The translations under genes were made by a program, and so were the position numbers. Positions 27,026-37,427 of a stretch of DNA of 64,000 nt are shown piece by piece. Where the stretch lies: contig CAYLXA010000002.1 in assembly GCA_964387845.1 (NCBI GenBank), positions 96,001 to 160,000 of the forward strand. Reading direction: 5' to 3'. Below the pieces are notes generated by a model that worked only from the letters and a program-made list of their open reading frames with translations, searched no databases and was not told where the DNA came from. The DNA is from an uncultured bacterium. GTDB taxonomy: Bacteria; Omnitrophota; Omnitrophia; Omnitrophales; Abzuiibacteriaceae. The number at the start of each line of letters is the position of its first letter. Positions within the stretch are counted from its first letter, which is position 1.

Positions 27026-27793
27026 ATGTCCAAAACCCCGATCACCATTGCTGTCATGGCAAAAAACGAAGAAAAAAGATTGCCGGCATGCCTCGAGTCT
27101 GTGCGCTGGGCAGATGAAATTCTGATTCTGGATGACGAAAGTACGGACCGTACCGTTCAAATTGCAGAATCTTTCGGTGCTCGCGTGATCAAGCGAAAAT
27201 TGGATGTTGAGGGCCGTCACCGCAATTTTCTATATGCACACGCCAAAAACGAATGGGTCTTGAGTTTGGATGCCGATGAGCACGTAACGCCCGAGCTCGC
27301 TAAAGAAATTGACGAAGTAATCAAGAAAAACGACCCGGGATTCGCCGGTTATTCCATGCCGATGCAGATTTTTATCGGAACCCGATGGATCCGAGGAGCG
27401 GGTTATTACCCATCCGCGCGCTTAAAAATGTTTCGCCGCGATAAATTCAAATACGAGGAAACCGGTGTTCATCCGCGCGTTTTTCTCGATGGGAAGTGTG
27501 GACGCTTAAAAGGAGAGCTGCTTCATTATTCTTTCCGGGATTTCTCGCATTTTATTGCCAAATTCAACCGGGAAACCGATTTGGAAGCCGTGAAATGGCT
27601 TGAAGATAAGCGTAAAATGAGTTTTGGGCTTGCGTTTTACAAGTCGACCGACCGTTTTTTCCGCGCATTCATTACAAAAAAGGGTTACCGCGATGGTTTT
27701 CTCGGATTTATTCTGTCTTGTTTTTCATCCTGGTATCAACTTGTGACTTATGCCAAATACTGGTTCGCAAAGCAAAACCAAGCGCCCCAATAA
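27026..27793 (+). CDS. glycosyltransferase family 2 (LPS-core-type)
   Basis: ITIAVMAKNEEKRLPACLESV...ILILDDESTDRT. Confidence 0.6.
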   Translation: MSKTPITIAVMAKNEEKRLPACLESVRWADEILILDDESTDRTVQIAESFGARVIKRKLDVEGRHRNFLYAHAKNEWVLSLDADEHVTPELAKEIDEVIKKNDPGFAGYSMPMQIFIGTRWIRGAGYYPSARLKMFRRDKFKYEETGVHPRVFLDGKCGRLKGELLHYSFRDFSHFIAKFNRETDLEAVKWLEDKRKMSFGLAFYKSTDRFFRAFITKKGYRDGFLGFILSCFSSWYQLVTYAKYWFAKQNQAPQ

Positions 27794-28343
27794 TTTTCAA
27801 AATGTTGTCTTCGTTGACCGCGACGGCGTCATTAATTATGACAATCTTGCCGGTTACATTACGCAATGGAAATATTTTAAGTTCATTCCGGGGTCGCTCA
27901 AGGCTCTCGCTCAGTTAACGAAAGCAGGGTTCAAGATCGTGATCATCTCCAACCAAGCCGGAATCGGTGACGGTGTTTACCCTAAAAAAGCACTGATCGA
28001 TATCACGTGGAGAATGAAACGCAAGATGAAGCAATCGGGAGTTGAAGTCGTTGGAATTTATTACTGTTTACATGGCAAAAAAGCCGGCTGCAAATGCCGC
28101 AAACCCGAAACCGGGCTTTTCAAAAAAGCCGCGCGGGATTTTCGTTTTAACAAAAAGAAAACTTATTTTATCGGTGATAAAATTTCTGATTTATTGGCAG
28201 GAAAGCGTTTTGGTCTGCGGACCGGTTTTGTGTTAACCGGTCACGGAAAACATGAAGCTCCGAAAATTCCCGTGCGCCTCAAACCGGATGTTCGCGGCGC
28301 TAATTTACTCCAGTTAACCCGCCGTTTATTGAAATCTTTATGA
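27750..28343 (+). CDS. gmhB: D,D-heptose 1,7-bisphosphate phosphatase, HAD-IIIA (GmhB-like)
   Basis: HAD motif I VFVDRDGVIN, zinc-binding CLHGKKAGCKCRKPETGL, motif GDKISD; 44-nt overlap with upstream gene so start uncertain. Confidence 0.6.
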   Translation: MPNTGSQSKTKRPNNFQNVVFVDRDGVINYDNLAGYITQWKYFKFIPGSLKALAQLTKAGFKIVIISNQAGIGDGVYPKKALIDITWRMKRKMKQSGVEVVGIYYCLHGKKAGCKCRKPETGLFKKAARDFRFNKKKTYFIGDKISDLLAGKRFGLRTGFVLTGHGKHEAPKIPVRLKPDVRGANLLQLTRRLLKSL

Positions 28344-29455
28344 AGATTTTTGTTTTGTATTCCTGCGCCGGTGAAGGACATAAAAAAATTGCGGAAGCGG
28401 CGATCCAAGAATTAGAAAGGCAGAATCTCGGCGCCATTCATGGATTCGATGCTTTTGAAAAAACATTGCCTGTATTTCGGGACGCCTATCCGGCTGTTTA
28501 TTTCTATCTGGTTAAATATGCCACGCAGTTTTGGAGTTTTCTTTATCATGCATCAGACTATCCGCTGGTAGCGCGCCTTTTAGTGCCGTTCCGGCGGCTG
28601 TGGAACCGGTTTCATTCGATCGGATTACGGAAATACTTACGGGAAGAAAAACCGGATATTATGATTGTGACGCATTTTTATGCTGCAGAAGTCATTGCTT
28701 CCGCAAAATTATGCGGTGAAATCTCCGGCAAATTAATTACTATTATTACCGACGCAATGCCGCATGCGTTTTGGATCAATGACGGCACGGATTATTATTG
28801 GGTCATGTGTGAGGAAAATAAAAAAGTTCTCATGCAGCGGGGCGTTTCGGAAAATTGTATCCGAGTCGGCGGCATTCCGGTCCGCCACGAATTTGCGGAG
28901 CCTGCGGATCGCCGCGCATTAAGGCAAAAACACGGACTTCAGCCGGATCGGTTTACGATATTGTTTACGAGCGGTAGTTTTGGATTAGGCCCGACCGAAG
29001 AGCTCTTAAAAGCTCTGGAAGATTTTAAAGACCGCATTCAAGCGGCGGTTGTTTGCGGTAGAAATCAGGCGCTCTATGATCATCTGACAAAGCAAACCTG
29101 GCAATATCCTGTCATTGTAACGGGTTTTACCGATGTGATGCACGAATGGATGAGCGTGGCGGATATCATGATCGCAAAGTCGGGCGGTTCGACGATGTGC
29201 GAGGGGCTTGCCAAAACTCTGCCGATGCTGATTAGTGCGCCAATTCCGGGACAAGAGACCCGAAATCGCGATTGGCTTTTTGCGCACCAGGCTGCTGTCG
29301 GAATTGAATCGGCAGATGATGTGAAGAATTTAGTGCGGACACTTTTGTCGGATCCTAAAAAATTAACCGAATTGCACAACAATATACAAAAAATTGCAAA
29401 ACCAGCCGCTGCAGCGGATTTGACAGCGTTTGTCTCCCAAATTTCCAAATCATGA
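28340..29455 (+). CDS. GT28-family glycosyltransferase (MGDG synthase/UgtP/MurG-like)
   Basis: MKIFVLYSCAGEGHKK N-terminus and C-terminal AKSGGSTMCEGLAKTLPMLI typical of GT28. Confidence 0.55.
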   Translation: MKIFVLYSCAGEGHKKIAEAAIQELERQNLGAIHGFDAFEKTLPVFRDAYPAVYFYLVKYATQFWSFLYHASDYPLVARLLVPFRRLWNRFHSIGLRKYLREEKPDIMIVTHFYAAEVIASAKLCGEISGKLITIITDAMPHAFWINDGTDYYWVMCEENKKVLMQRGVSENCIRVGGIPVRHEFAEPADRRALRQKHGLQPDRFTILFTSGSFGLGPTEELLKALEDFKDRIQAAVVCGRNQALYDHLTKQTWQYPVIVTGFTDVMHEWMSVADIMIAKSGGSTMCEGLAKTLPMLISAPIPGQETRNRDWLFAHQAAVGIESADDVKNLVRTLLSDPKKLTELHNNIQKIAKPAAAADLTAFVSQISKS

Positions 29456-30165
29456 CAGATCCAAGATTGAGCAAGCTGATTAAATCCATCGAATCTAAGT
29501 TTGAAGCCATGCGCACCGATGGCGTTCAAATATTAACACTGCCGAAAGTAGGCACTGGGCCAGTTGCTGAGAAATCGGAGTCAGTCCAAACCGCCTCGGC
29601 CACATCACCAAAAAATATTTTGATTCAATTCAAGAATGAAGTCAGTCAATGCACAAAGTGCGGTGAGCTGGCATCGAGCCGCCAAAACGTTGTTTTTGGT
29701 GCGGGGAATGCAAAAGCAAAATTAGTTTTTGTCGGCGAAGCCCCCGGACGGGATGAAGATGAGCAAGGCTTGCCATTTGTGGGGCTTGCGGGCCAGCTTT
29801 TAACCAAAATGATCGAAGCGATCGGGATGAGCCGCAACGAAGTCTTTATTTGCAATGTATTGAAATGCCGGCCTCCGCAAAACCGGAACCCGATGCCGGA
29901 AGAAATCATTAATTGCTCGCCTTATCTGTGGCGCCAACTTGAATTAATTCAGCCGAAAATGATTTGCGCGCTGGGTAAATTTGCCGCACAAACCTTACTT
30001 AATTCCACTGCGTCAATTTCACAGCTGCGCGGCACGATTCACGACTGCCGCGGGTTTAGATTGATTTGCACGTTTCATCCCGCTTACTTACTGCGCAATC
30101 CGGCTGACAAAAGGAAGGCGTGGGAAGATTTGAAGCGGGTCAAAGCCGAATTGGTTGAAGCTTAA
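29452..30165 (+). CDS. uracil-DNA glycosylase, family 4
   Basis: Fe-S Cys CTKCGELASSRQ, GEAPGRDEDEQGLPFVGLAGQLL, FHPAYLLRNP. Confidence 0.8.
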   Translation: MTDPRLSKLIKSIESKFEAMRTDGVQILTLPKVGTGPVAEKSESVQTASATSPKNILIQFKNEVSQCTKCGELASSRQNVVFGAGNAKAKLVFVGEAPGRDEDEQGLPFVGLAGQLLTKMIEAIGMSRNEVFICNVLKCRPPQNRNPMPEEIINCSPYLWRQLELIQPKMICALGKFAAQTLLNSTASISQLRGTIHDCRGFRLICTFHPAYLLRNPADKRKAWEDLKRVKAELVEA

Positions 30166-30179
30166 AGAAAGATTCCGCG

Positions 30180-32222
30180 GTGAACACACTTTTCGAAGAA
30201 GCAAAAAAAACCGACCTACAACTGATCCAAGTTGCCATTCCACTGGCTGTCGATGACCCGTTTACCTATGCGGTGCCTCATGAATTCTCCGGAAAAATAA
30301 AACCCGGCGTCCGCGTCCGAATTCCGTTTAAAAACCGCGACATCGTCGGCTATGTGGTTGGAATTTCAGAATCCGAACCTACAGCCAAGATTAAAAATGT
30401 CCTTGAGGTTTTAGATGAATCTCCTGTGATTTCCGAACATTTTCTTGAGTTGTCAAAGTGGATCAAAAATTATTATTTTTCCAGTTGGGGAGAAGCCATT
30501 CAAACCTGCATTCCGAAACAATACCGGCAAGCCAAGACATTAAAAGAAAAGAAGAGCAAAGCAGAAATCGCAAAAGATTCTGCGGTGGCCTTTAAAGATT
30601 TTTCACTCACCAGCGAGCAGAAGAATGCATTGGAGAAGATTTTGTCGCTTGTGCGTTCAGAAAAGTTTTCCGAGATTGTTCTTCTGGGCGTGACCGGGAG
30701 CGGAAAAAGTGAAATTTACATTCGCGCAATGAAGGAGGCAATTGCGAGCGGAAAATCGGCGATTTGTCTGGTTCCCGAAATTGCGCTCACCGAACAAATC
30801 GAGCGGTTTTTTGAAGGCCATTTTGGCGATCAATTGGAAATTATTCACAGCAAATTGTCAGACGGTGAACGTTGGCAAGCCTGGGAACGCATCCGCCGCG
30901 GTGAGAAAAAAGTCGTATTGGGTGTTCGCTCTGCGATTTTTGCGCCCATTCATCACTTAGGCCTGATTATTATTGATGAGGAGCAGGAGCCTTCGTACAA
31001 ACAAGATCAAACACCACGTTACCATGCGCGTGAAGTGGCAAGGTGGCGCGCTGAGCATCTCGGAGCAACGCTCGTCATGGGCAGCGCAACGCCTTCGATG
31101 GAAGTACTGCATGAAGCGCAAACCGGCCGCATTCACATGATGGAACTTTCCGGGCGAATCGGAAACCGGCCCATGCCCGAAATCCAAATTATTGACCTCA
31201 AACAAGCGCAGCAAATTTCACGCGAGAAGGTTATTGTTTCATCAACGCTTGCACAAGCCGTTCAATCAGCGCTTGAGAAAAAAGAAGGCGTTATGCTGAT
31301 GCTGAATCGGCGTGGCTTTTCAACACAGGCGCAGTGCCTGCAGTGCGGAAAAGCGATTATGTGCCGGCATTGCGATGTCGCGCTCACATTTCATCAAGCT
31401 GATCAGAGGCTCTTGTGCCATTACTGTAATTACGCGATCGGCGAGTCGGATAAGTGCGTATATTGCCAACACCCGCTTTTCCGGTATATGGGTGCCGGCA
31501 CGGAAAAAGTAGAGAGCGAAGTCGCACGCCTCTTTCCGCAGGCAAGAGTCGCGCGGCTCGATTCGGATACCGCCCGCAAAAAGGGAAGCCATCAGGCGAT
31601 TTTGGCCAAATTTAGAGCGCGCGAAATCGATATCTTGGTCGGCACGCAGATGATTGCCAAAGGCTTCGATTTTCCGCACGTCAGTCTCGTGGGCGTCATT
31701 TTGGCGGACACGGCACTTTTACTGCCGGATTACCGCTCCAGCGAAAAAACATTTCAACTGGTCACGCAGGTGGCGGGCCGTTCAGGCCGGGGCGAGCAAG
31801 CCGGTAAGGTAATGGTCCAAACGTTCTCACCTTTTCATTACAGCATCCAATGCGCTAAAAATCACGACACCAAAGGTTTTTACACTGAAGAACTTAAGCA
31901 TCGGCAGGAGTTTTCTTATCCGCCGTTTGTTAAATTAATCAACATCATTATCCGGTCAAAGACTGAAAAGAAAGTTATAGAACAGGCAGAAATTTTGAAA
32001 TCAGAAATCTCCAAGTCTTTGTCCAATGCTCAAACTGAGATTTTGGGCCCGGCGCCGCTGCCGTTCTATAGGTTAAGAGGCCATTTTCGCTGGCATCTAA
32101 TGATAAAAGTCAAAAACCAGACCGAGCATCCGCTGCTCGCAATTCGCCAGGCGATTCAATCAGCTAAAAAAGTCAGCAAAGTCTTTATGGCGGTTGATAC
32201 GGACCCGGTCTCCATTCTCTAG
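30180..32222 (+). CDS. priA: primosomal protein N' (PriA helicase)
   Basis: GTG start; Walker A GVTGSGKSEIY, DEEQE, Cys-rich zinc-binding insert CLQCGKAIMCRHCDVALTFH...CHYCNY...CVYC, helicase C motifs. Confidence 0.9.
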   Translation: MNTLFEEAKKTDLQLIQVAIPLAVDDPFTYAVPHEFSGKIKPGVRVRIPFKNRDIVGYVVGISESEPTAKIKNVLEVLDESPVISEHFLELSKWIKNYYFSSWGEAIQTCIPKQYRQAKTLKEKKSKAEIAKDSAVAFKDFSLTSEQKNALEKILSLVRSEKFSEIVLLGVTGSGKSEIYIRAMKEAIASGKSAICLVPEIALTEQIERFFEGHFGDQLEIIHSKLSDGERWQAWERIRRGEKKVVLGVRSAIFAPIHHLGLIIIDEEQEPSYKQDQTPRYHAREVARWRAEHLGATLVMGSATPSMEVLHEAQTGRIHMMELSGRIGNRPMPEIQIIDLKQAQQISREKVIVSSTLAQAVQSALEKKEGVMLMLNRRGFSTQAQCLQCGKAIMCRHCDVALTFHQADQRLLCHYCNYAIGESDKCVYCQHPLFRYMGAGTEKVESEVARLFPQARVARLDSDTARKKGSHQAILAKFRAREIDILVGTQMIAKGFDFPHVSLVGVILADTALLLPDYRSSEKTFQLVTQVAGRSGRGEQAGKVMVQTFSPFHYSIQCAKNHDTKGFYTEELKHRQEFSYPPFVKLINIIIRSKTEKKVIEQAEILKSEISKSLSNAQTEILGPAPLPFYRLRGHFRWHLMIKVKNQTEHPLLAIRQAIQSAKKVSKVFMAVDTDPVSIL

Positions 32223-32274
32223 AGCTATTTTCACATCTTTTCCGCTTTTCTGAATCGTGCTAAAATATGCCGCT

Positions 32275-32763
32275 ATGGCGATTCTAAAAGTGCTGACATA
32301 TCCCGATCCGATCCTCAAAAAGAAGGCAGAGCCTGTTCAAACAATCGGCCCCATAGAGAAAAAACTCATCCGCGACATGATCGAGACCATGTATACCGAT
32401 GACGGAGTCGGCCTTGCAGCGCCGCAGGTCGGTGTATCGAAACGCATTTTTGTAGCCAGCCCGCACGCAAAGCCCGGAGAAGAAATGGTTTTCATTAATC
32501 TTGAGATTCTAGAATCCTCCGGAACTCAAACCGGGCCGGAAGGGTGCTTGAGTCTTCCCGGCGTATCCGGACAAGTTCAGCGCGCCAGGAAAATTAAATA
32601 CAAAATGATGACTGAGGACGGCAAATGGGTCGAGGGTGAAGCCGCTGATTTCTTGGCACGAGTTATTCAGCATGAATTAGACCATTTGGACGGAAAATTA
32701 CTGATTGATCGCGTTGATTTTACGCAGCGCCAGGAAATCCTCAGCGAGTACCAGCTCATATAA
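32275..32763 (+). CDS. def: peptide deformylase
   Basis: GVGLAAPQVG, EGCLSLPG, HELDHLDG metal-binding motifs; start set at MAILKV (track start 32257). Confidence 0.9.
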   Translation: MAILKVLTYPDPILKKKAEPVQTIGPIEKKLIRDMIETMYTDDGVGLAAPQVGVSKRIFVASPHAKPGEEMVFINLEILESSGTQTGPEGCLSLPGVSGQVQRARKIKYKMMTEDGKWVEGEAADFLARVIQHELDHLDGKLLIDRVDFTQRQEILSEYQLI

Positions 32764-32770
32764 ATACCCG

Positions 32771-33706
32771 ATGAAACTTGTTTTTTTTGGCTCTTCCGAT
32801 TTTTCCATTTCTGTATTAAACGTGCTCACGGACTCTGATCATCAAGTCGTGTGCATCGTCACAACGCCGCCCCGCAAAAAAGGCAGGGGACAAAAAGAAT
32901 CTCCGACGGTCGTGCAAAGCTGGGCCGAAAATAAATCAATTCCCGTTTTAGCGCCTGAAAAAATTAATACGCCGGAATTTGTCGAAAAAATAAAATCCTT
33001 ACAACCGGATTGTTTGGTAGTGGCTTCGTATGGAAAAATGATTCCTGATGCGGTGTTAAAAATCCCCGCACAGCAGCCGCTGAATGTACACCCCTCCTTG
33101 CTTCCAAGGTATCGAGGTGCAGCGCCCATCGCGCGGCAGCTTTTAAACGGAGAAGCGATCAGCGGCGTCACAATTGCACGCATCACATCAAAATTGGATG
33201 CCGGTGAAATCATTGCCCAGCAGCAAGTTAAGATTCTGCCGGATGATAATGGTATTTCGCTCGCCCTTCGGCTGGCAAAATTGGGCGGAGATCTAGCGCT
33301 TAAAGTACTTGGTGAAATTGCCAAAAATAAAATCAAACTTACACCCCAAGATGAATCAAACTCCAGTTATGCCGAGAAGCTCAGGCCTGAAGAGGGGCGA
33401 ATTGATTGGAGCCAATCGGCTGATCAAATAAATCGGCAAGTACAGGCCTTGGTTCCGTGGCCATGCGCTTACGCATTTTTCAATAAAATCCGCATCAAGG
33501 TCCTGGAGGCCGGCGTGGGGCAAAAAATCTCGGAAGATTTACAACCTGGAAGCATTGTTAAAATTGACCCGAAAGGTACCCTTGCCATTCAAACGGGATC
33601 GGGAATCTTAAATCTTAAGACAATTCATCCGGAATCAGGAAAAGCAATGAATGCTTATCAATTCGCGCTCGGGCGGCATCTGAAAGCGGGCGATCTTTTC
33701 TTATGA
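32771..33706 (+). CDS. fmt: methionyl-tRNA formyltransferase
   Basis: MKLVFFGS N-terminus, NVHPSLLPRYRGAAPI, C-terminal Fmt domain; start at 32771 (track start 32705 overlaps def). Confidence 0.9.
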   Translation: MKLVFFGSSDFSISVLNVLTDSDHQVVCIVTTPPRKKGRGQKESPTVVQSWAENKSIPVLAPEKINTPEFVEKIKSLQPDCLVVASYGKMIPDAVLKIPAQQPLNVHPSLLPRYRGAAPIARQLLNGEAISGVTIARITSKLDAGEIIAQQQVKILPDDNGISLALRLAKLGGDLALKVLGEIAKNKIKLTPQDESNSSYAEKLRPEEGRIDWSQSADQINRQVQALVPWPCAYAFFNKIRIKVLEAGVGQKISEDLQPGSIVKIDPKGTLAIQTGSGILNLKTIHPESGKAMNAYQFALGRHLKAGDLFL

Positions 33707-34860
33707 ACAAAACAAAAATACTACATCTAACGACCCATTTGAATATTGGCGGTATCACAACCTATATTTATTTATTGGGCAAGGGACTTGACTCGGCTCA
33801 TTATGAGACCTCTGTTTTTTCAAGCGGCGGTGAAATGGAAAAACAATTCAACAAGTCCGGAATTCGTACTTACGCGTCACCATTCAGAACCAAGAGCGAA
33901 TTAAGCCCGAAGCTTTATTTCGCCATTCCGGAAGTAATTCGCATTATTAAAAACGAAAATATTAATTTATTGCATGCACACACCCGCGTTACGCAAGTCA
34001 TGGCGTGGTGGATCCAGAAAATCACCGGGATTCCTTATGTCTCAACCTGTCATGGTTTCTATAAAAGACGGCTAGGCAGGCGTTTGCTGCCGGCTTGGGG
34101 CAATAAAGTAATCGCGATTAGCCCGCCGGTGGCTGACTCTCTGGTAAACGAATTTAAGGTTCCTGCTGAAAAAGTTAAAACCATTTTGAATGCTATCGAT
34201 ATTGATACTTTAGAGGATTTGGTTCGACAAAAAAATCAGTCAAGCATTACCATCGAATATGATTTGCAATCCACAAAACCTATTTTGGGAATAGTGGCTC
34301 GGATTGTAAAAGATAAGGGGCATGAATATTTGCTTAAGGCCTTCGCGCAGCTGCTGCCTCAATATCCGGACTTGAAATTATTGGTGGTTGGAACCGGCAG
34401 TTATTTGTCCGACGTTAAAAAGCTGGCTGATCAGTTAAGCCTCACTAAAAATTTAACATTTGTGGGCAATCTTAATGATGTTACGAAAGCGCTGGCAGTG
34501 ATTGATATTTTTATATTACCCGCTGTCTGGCGCGAGGGTTTTGGCTTGTCGATTGTCGAGGCGATGGCATTAAAGAAACCAGTTATTGCAACCAATATCT
34601 GGGCTCTCAATTCATTGGTCCAAAACAAAGTGAACGGACTTTTGATTCAACCCAAAAACGTTACAGAGCTGGCTAGTGCGATTACGGAGCTGATTGAAAA
34701 TCAAGACCTGAGAAGAGCGGTAGGTGAAAAAGCTTACAAAACCGTGCAGGAACAATTCTCAATCAAGCGAATGACACGGGATTTCGATCGCCTATATCAA
34801 CAAATACTGCAATCTGACAGCAGATTAGCCGGCAAGAAATCTTCAGCGATGGCGCGTTGA
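33703..34860 (+). CDS. glycosyltransferase family 4
   Basis: NIGGITTYIY N-term, EGFGLSIVEAMALKKPVIAT (EX7E). Confidence 0.65.
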   Translation: MNKTKILHLTTHLNIGGITTYIYLLGKGLDSAHYETSVFSSGGEMEKQFNKSGIRTYASPFRTKSELSPKLYFAIPEVIRIIKNENINLLHAHTRVTQVMAWWIQKITGIPYVSTCHGFYKRRLGRRLLPAWGNKVIAISPPVADSLVNEFKVPAEKVKTILNAIDIDTLEDLVRQKNQSSITIEYDLQSTKPILGIVARIVKDKGHEYLLKAFAQLLPQYPDLKLLVVGTGSYLSDVKKLADQLSLTKNLTFVGNLNDVTKALAVIDIFILPAVWREGFGLSIVEAMALKKPVIATNIWALNSLVQNKVNGLLIQPKNVTELASAITELIENQDLRRAVGEKAYKTVQEQFSIKRMTRDFDRLYQQILQSDSRLAGKKSSAMAR

Positions 34861-34884
34861 CAGTCTTTTCAGTATCTGTATAAT
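34857..34884 (+). promoter_or_regulatory. consensus sigma70-type promoter TTGACA-N16-TATAAT for gap
   Basis: TTGACA 34857-34862 (overlapping upstream stop), TATAAT 34879-34884; RBS GGAGGAAAA before ATG 34944. Confidence 0.55.
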
Positions 34885-34931
34885 ACCGAGATTGCGTCTT
34901 TTTAAAATGTTTAGTCATTTAGTGTCATTAG

Positions 34932-36047
<1,116 letters not shown>

Positions 36048-36084
36048 CCCGGACTACTTTTCTTAAATTCCTAAAGGTGGGGAA

Positions 36085-36381
36085 ATGCTGAAGTTCCGCC
36101 TTCAAGTAATGAGCCTGAAAAGAATCTTGTTTGACGCTGACGTCGAACAAGTTCATATTTTCGGCGATGAGGGCGAGTACGATCTTTTGGCCTATCACTA
36201 CCCTATTATTGGCGCCTTGCCGGAAGGCGAGGTCCACATCAAAGACCACAAAAACATCCCGCTTCGGGCAGGTGTGGCGCTTTTTCGTCAGAACCGCTGC
36301 CTGATTATTATCGAAGAAAAGGATGCGGAAGGCGCACCAACCGACAAGCCTTCCATCAACCCAATAGGCAAGAAAGACTAG
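36085..36381 (+). CDS. ATP synthase epsilon-subunit-like beta-sandwich protein (orphan atpC-like)
   Basis: 98 aa; pattern LQVMSLKRILFDADVEQVHIFGDEGEYDLLAYHYPIIGALPEGEVHI matches AtpC N-terminal domain consensus (V.S...F.G.V..V...G.EGE.GIL.gH.P....L..G...I); good RBS AAGGTGGGG; not in an atp operon. Confidence 0.4.
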   Translation: MLKFRLQVMSLKRILFDADVEQVHIFGDEGEYDLLAYHYPIIGALPEGEVHIKDHKNIPLRAGVALFRQNRCLIIIEEKDAEGAPTDKPSINPIGKKD

Positions 36382-37143
36382 ATGTGGCTTTCAGCGTTTG
36401 CTTTTATTGTTTCCATCGTTTTTCTGATCCGCAGTCTTGAAATAATTCCCGGCGGCCAGCCGCTTTTAAATGCATTGGTGTGCCTATTTTCACTGTTAGC
36501 AGCCCTCTTCTTTCTTCCTGGCGAGTTGATTAGTTCGGCAATTTTAGAGGGTTTCGGGTGGTTTGTTGCAATCTTTGCCGGCAGTCTTGTTTTGATTGAA
36601 TTTGTTCAATTGATTTTTAAAAGACTTTTGCGGTGGGGATCGCTCCGATTGCAAACCACGGCCGGTCTTTCTCCGGAACATGACGAAATTTGCAAAGCGC
36701 TTGATCACATGGCAAAGCAGAAAACCGGCGCCCTTATCGTCCTTGAACGTAAAGGATCATTGAAGCATTTGTATGAAAATGGGTTTCAATTCGATAGTGA
36801 TGTTCGAGCTGAAGTCATCATCTCGCTTTTCGACAAAAATTCGCCGTTGCATGACGGCGCAATGATTATCAGCCAAAACCGGATCAAAGCATTAAAAATC
36901 ATCCTTCCATTAACTACGCGTTCTGATGTACCGCTCGGGATCGGGACCCGCCACCGTTCGGCAATCGGCCTGACTGAGACAACGGATGCCATTGCGCTTA
37001 TCTCATCGGAAGAGCGGGGCATGCTAAGCATTTCTTACCAAGGCGCTTTGGTAGTAGCCAACTCTAAAAACCAGTTCGCAGAACTCTTAAAACGAGCACT
37101 GAAGGGCTTTCCGATCATTGAGCCTGTGCAAGAGTCTGACTAA
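36382..37143 (+). CDS. cdaA: diadenylate cyclase CdaA (DisA_N/DAC domain, membrane-anchored)
   Basis: 3 N-terminal TM helices; DAC motifs DGAMII and GTRHRSA; translationally coupled to upstream atpC-like gene (TAG-ATG). Confidence 0.85.
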   Translation: MWLSAFAFIVSIVFLIRSLEIIPGGQPLLNALVCLFSLLAALFFLPGELISSAILEGFGWFVAIFAGSLVLIEFVQLIFKRLLRWGSLRLQTTAGLSPEHDEICKALDHMAKQKTGALIVLERKGSLKHLYENGFQFDSDVRAEVIISLFDKNSPLHDGAMIISQNRIKALKIILPLTTRSDVPLGIGTRHRSAIGLTETTDAIALISSEERGMLSISYQGALVVANSKNQFAELLKRALKGFPIIEPVQESD

Positions 37144-37158
37144 TTTTGTCATATTTTC

Positions 37159-37186
37159 TTGATTTTCCGCTAAACTCGCGTATAAT
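37159..37186 (+). promoter_or_regulatory. near-consensus sigma70 promoter TTGATT-N16-TATAAT
   Basis: TTGATT 37159-37164, TATAAT 37181-37186; predicted TSS ~37193. Confidence 0.5.
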
Positions 37187-37209
37187 TACATTACTTTTTG
37201 GAAAACTCG

Positions 37210-37359
37210 ATGGAAAACACTCTGAACCTAAAACACTTTAAAAGCAGTGTAAAACCCGCGACAGGCGCCGTGTCGATGGCGTGGTCTATTATGGGCCACG
37301 GCTATTGTCATCGCCGCAAGCTCGTGGGCTTGAAGGAGGTTCAAGCGTTACTATCGTAA
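37210..37359 (+). CDS. hypothetical 49-aa micro-protein (alternative reading of the same unit)
   Basis: ATG..TAA ORF MENTLNLKHFKSSVKPATGAVSMAWSIMGHGYCHRRKLVGLKEVQALLS; only weak SD (GGAA) 8-11 nt upstream. Confidence 0.2.
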   Translation: MENTLNLKHFKSSVKPATGAVSMAWSIMGHGYCHRRKLVGLKEVQALLS

Positions 37360-37395
37360 AGTAGTTTAAAGTAGTAAAAGCAAAATCAACTTAAG

Positions 37396-37427
37396 CCCAT
37401 GGCTGAAATTCAGTCATGGGTTTTTTT
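37396..37427 (+). terminator. Rho-independent terminator
   Basis: CCCATGGCTG-aaatt-CAGTCATGGG (10-bp stem with one G.U) followed by TTTTTTT. Confidence 0.7.

Noticed and set aside
36085-36381. Dismissing the 98-aa ORF upstream of cdaA as a non-coding leader
   Set aside because: It has a strong RBS, exact stop-start coupling to cdaA and a recognisable AtpC-like motif pattern, so it was retained as a gene.
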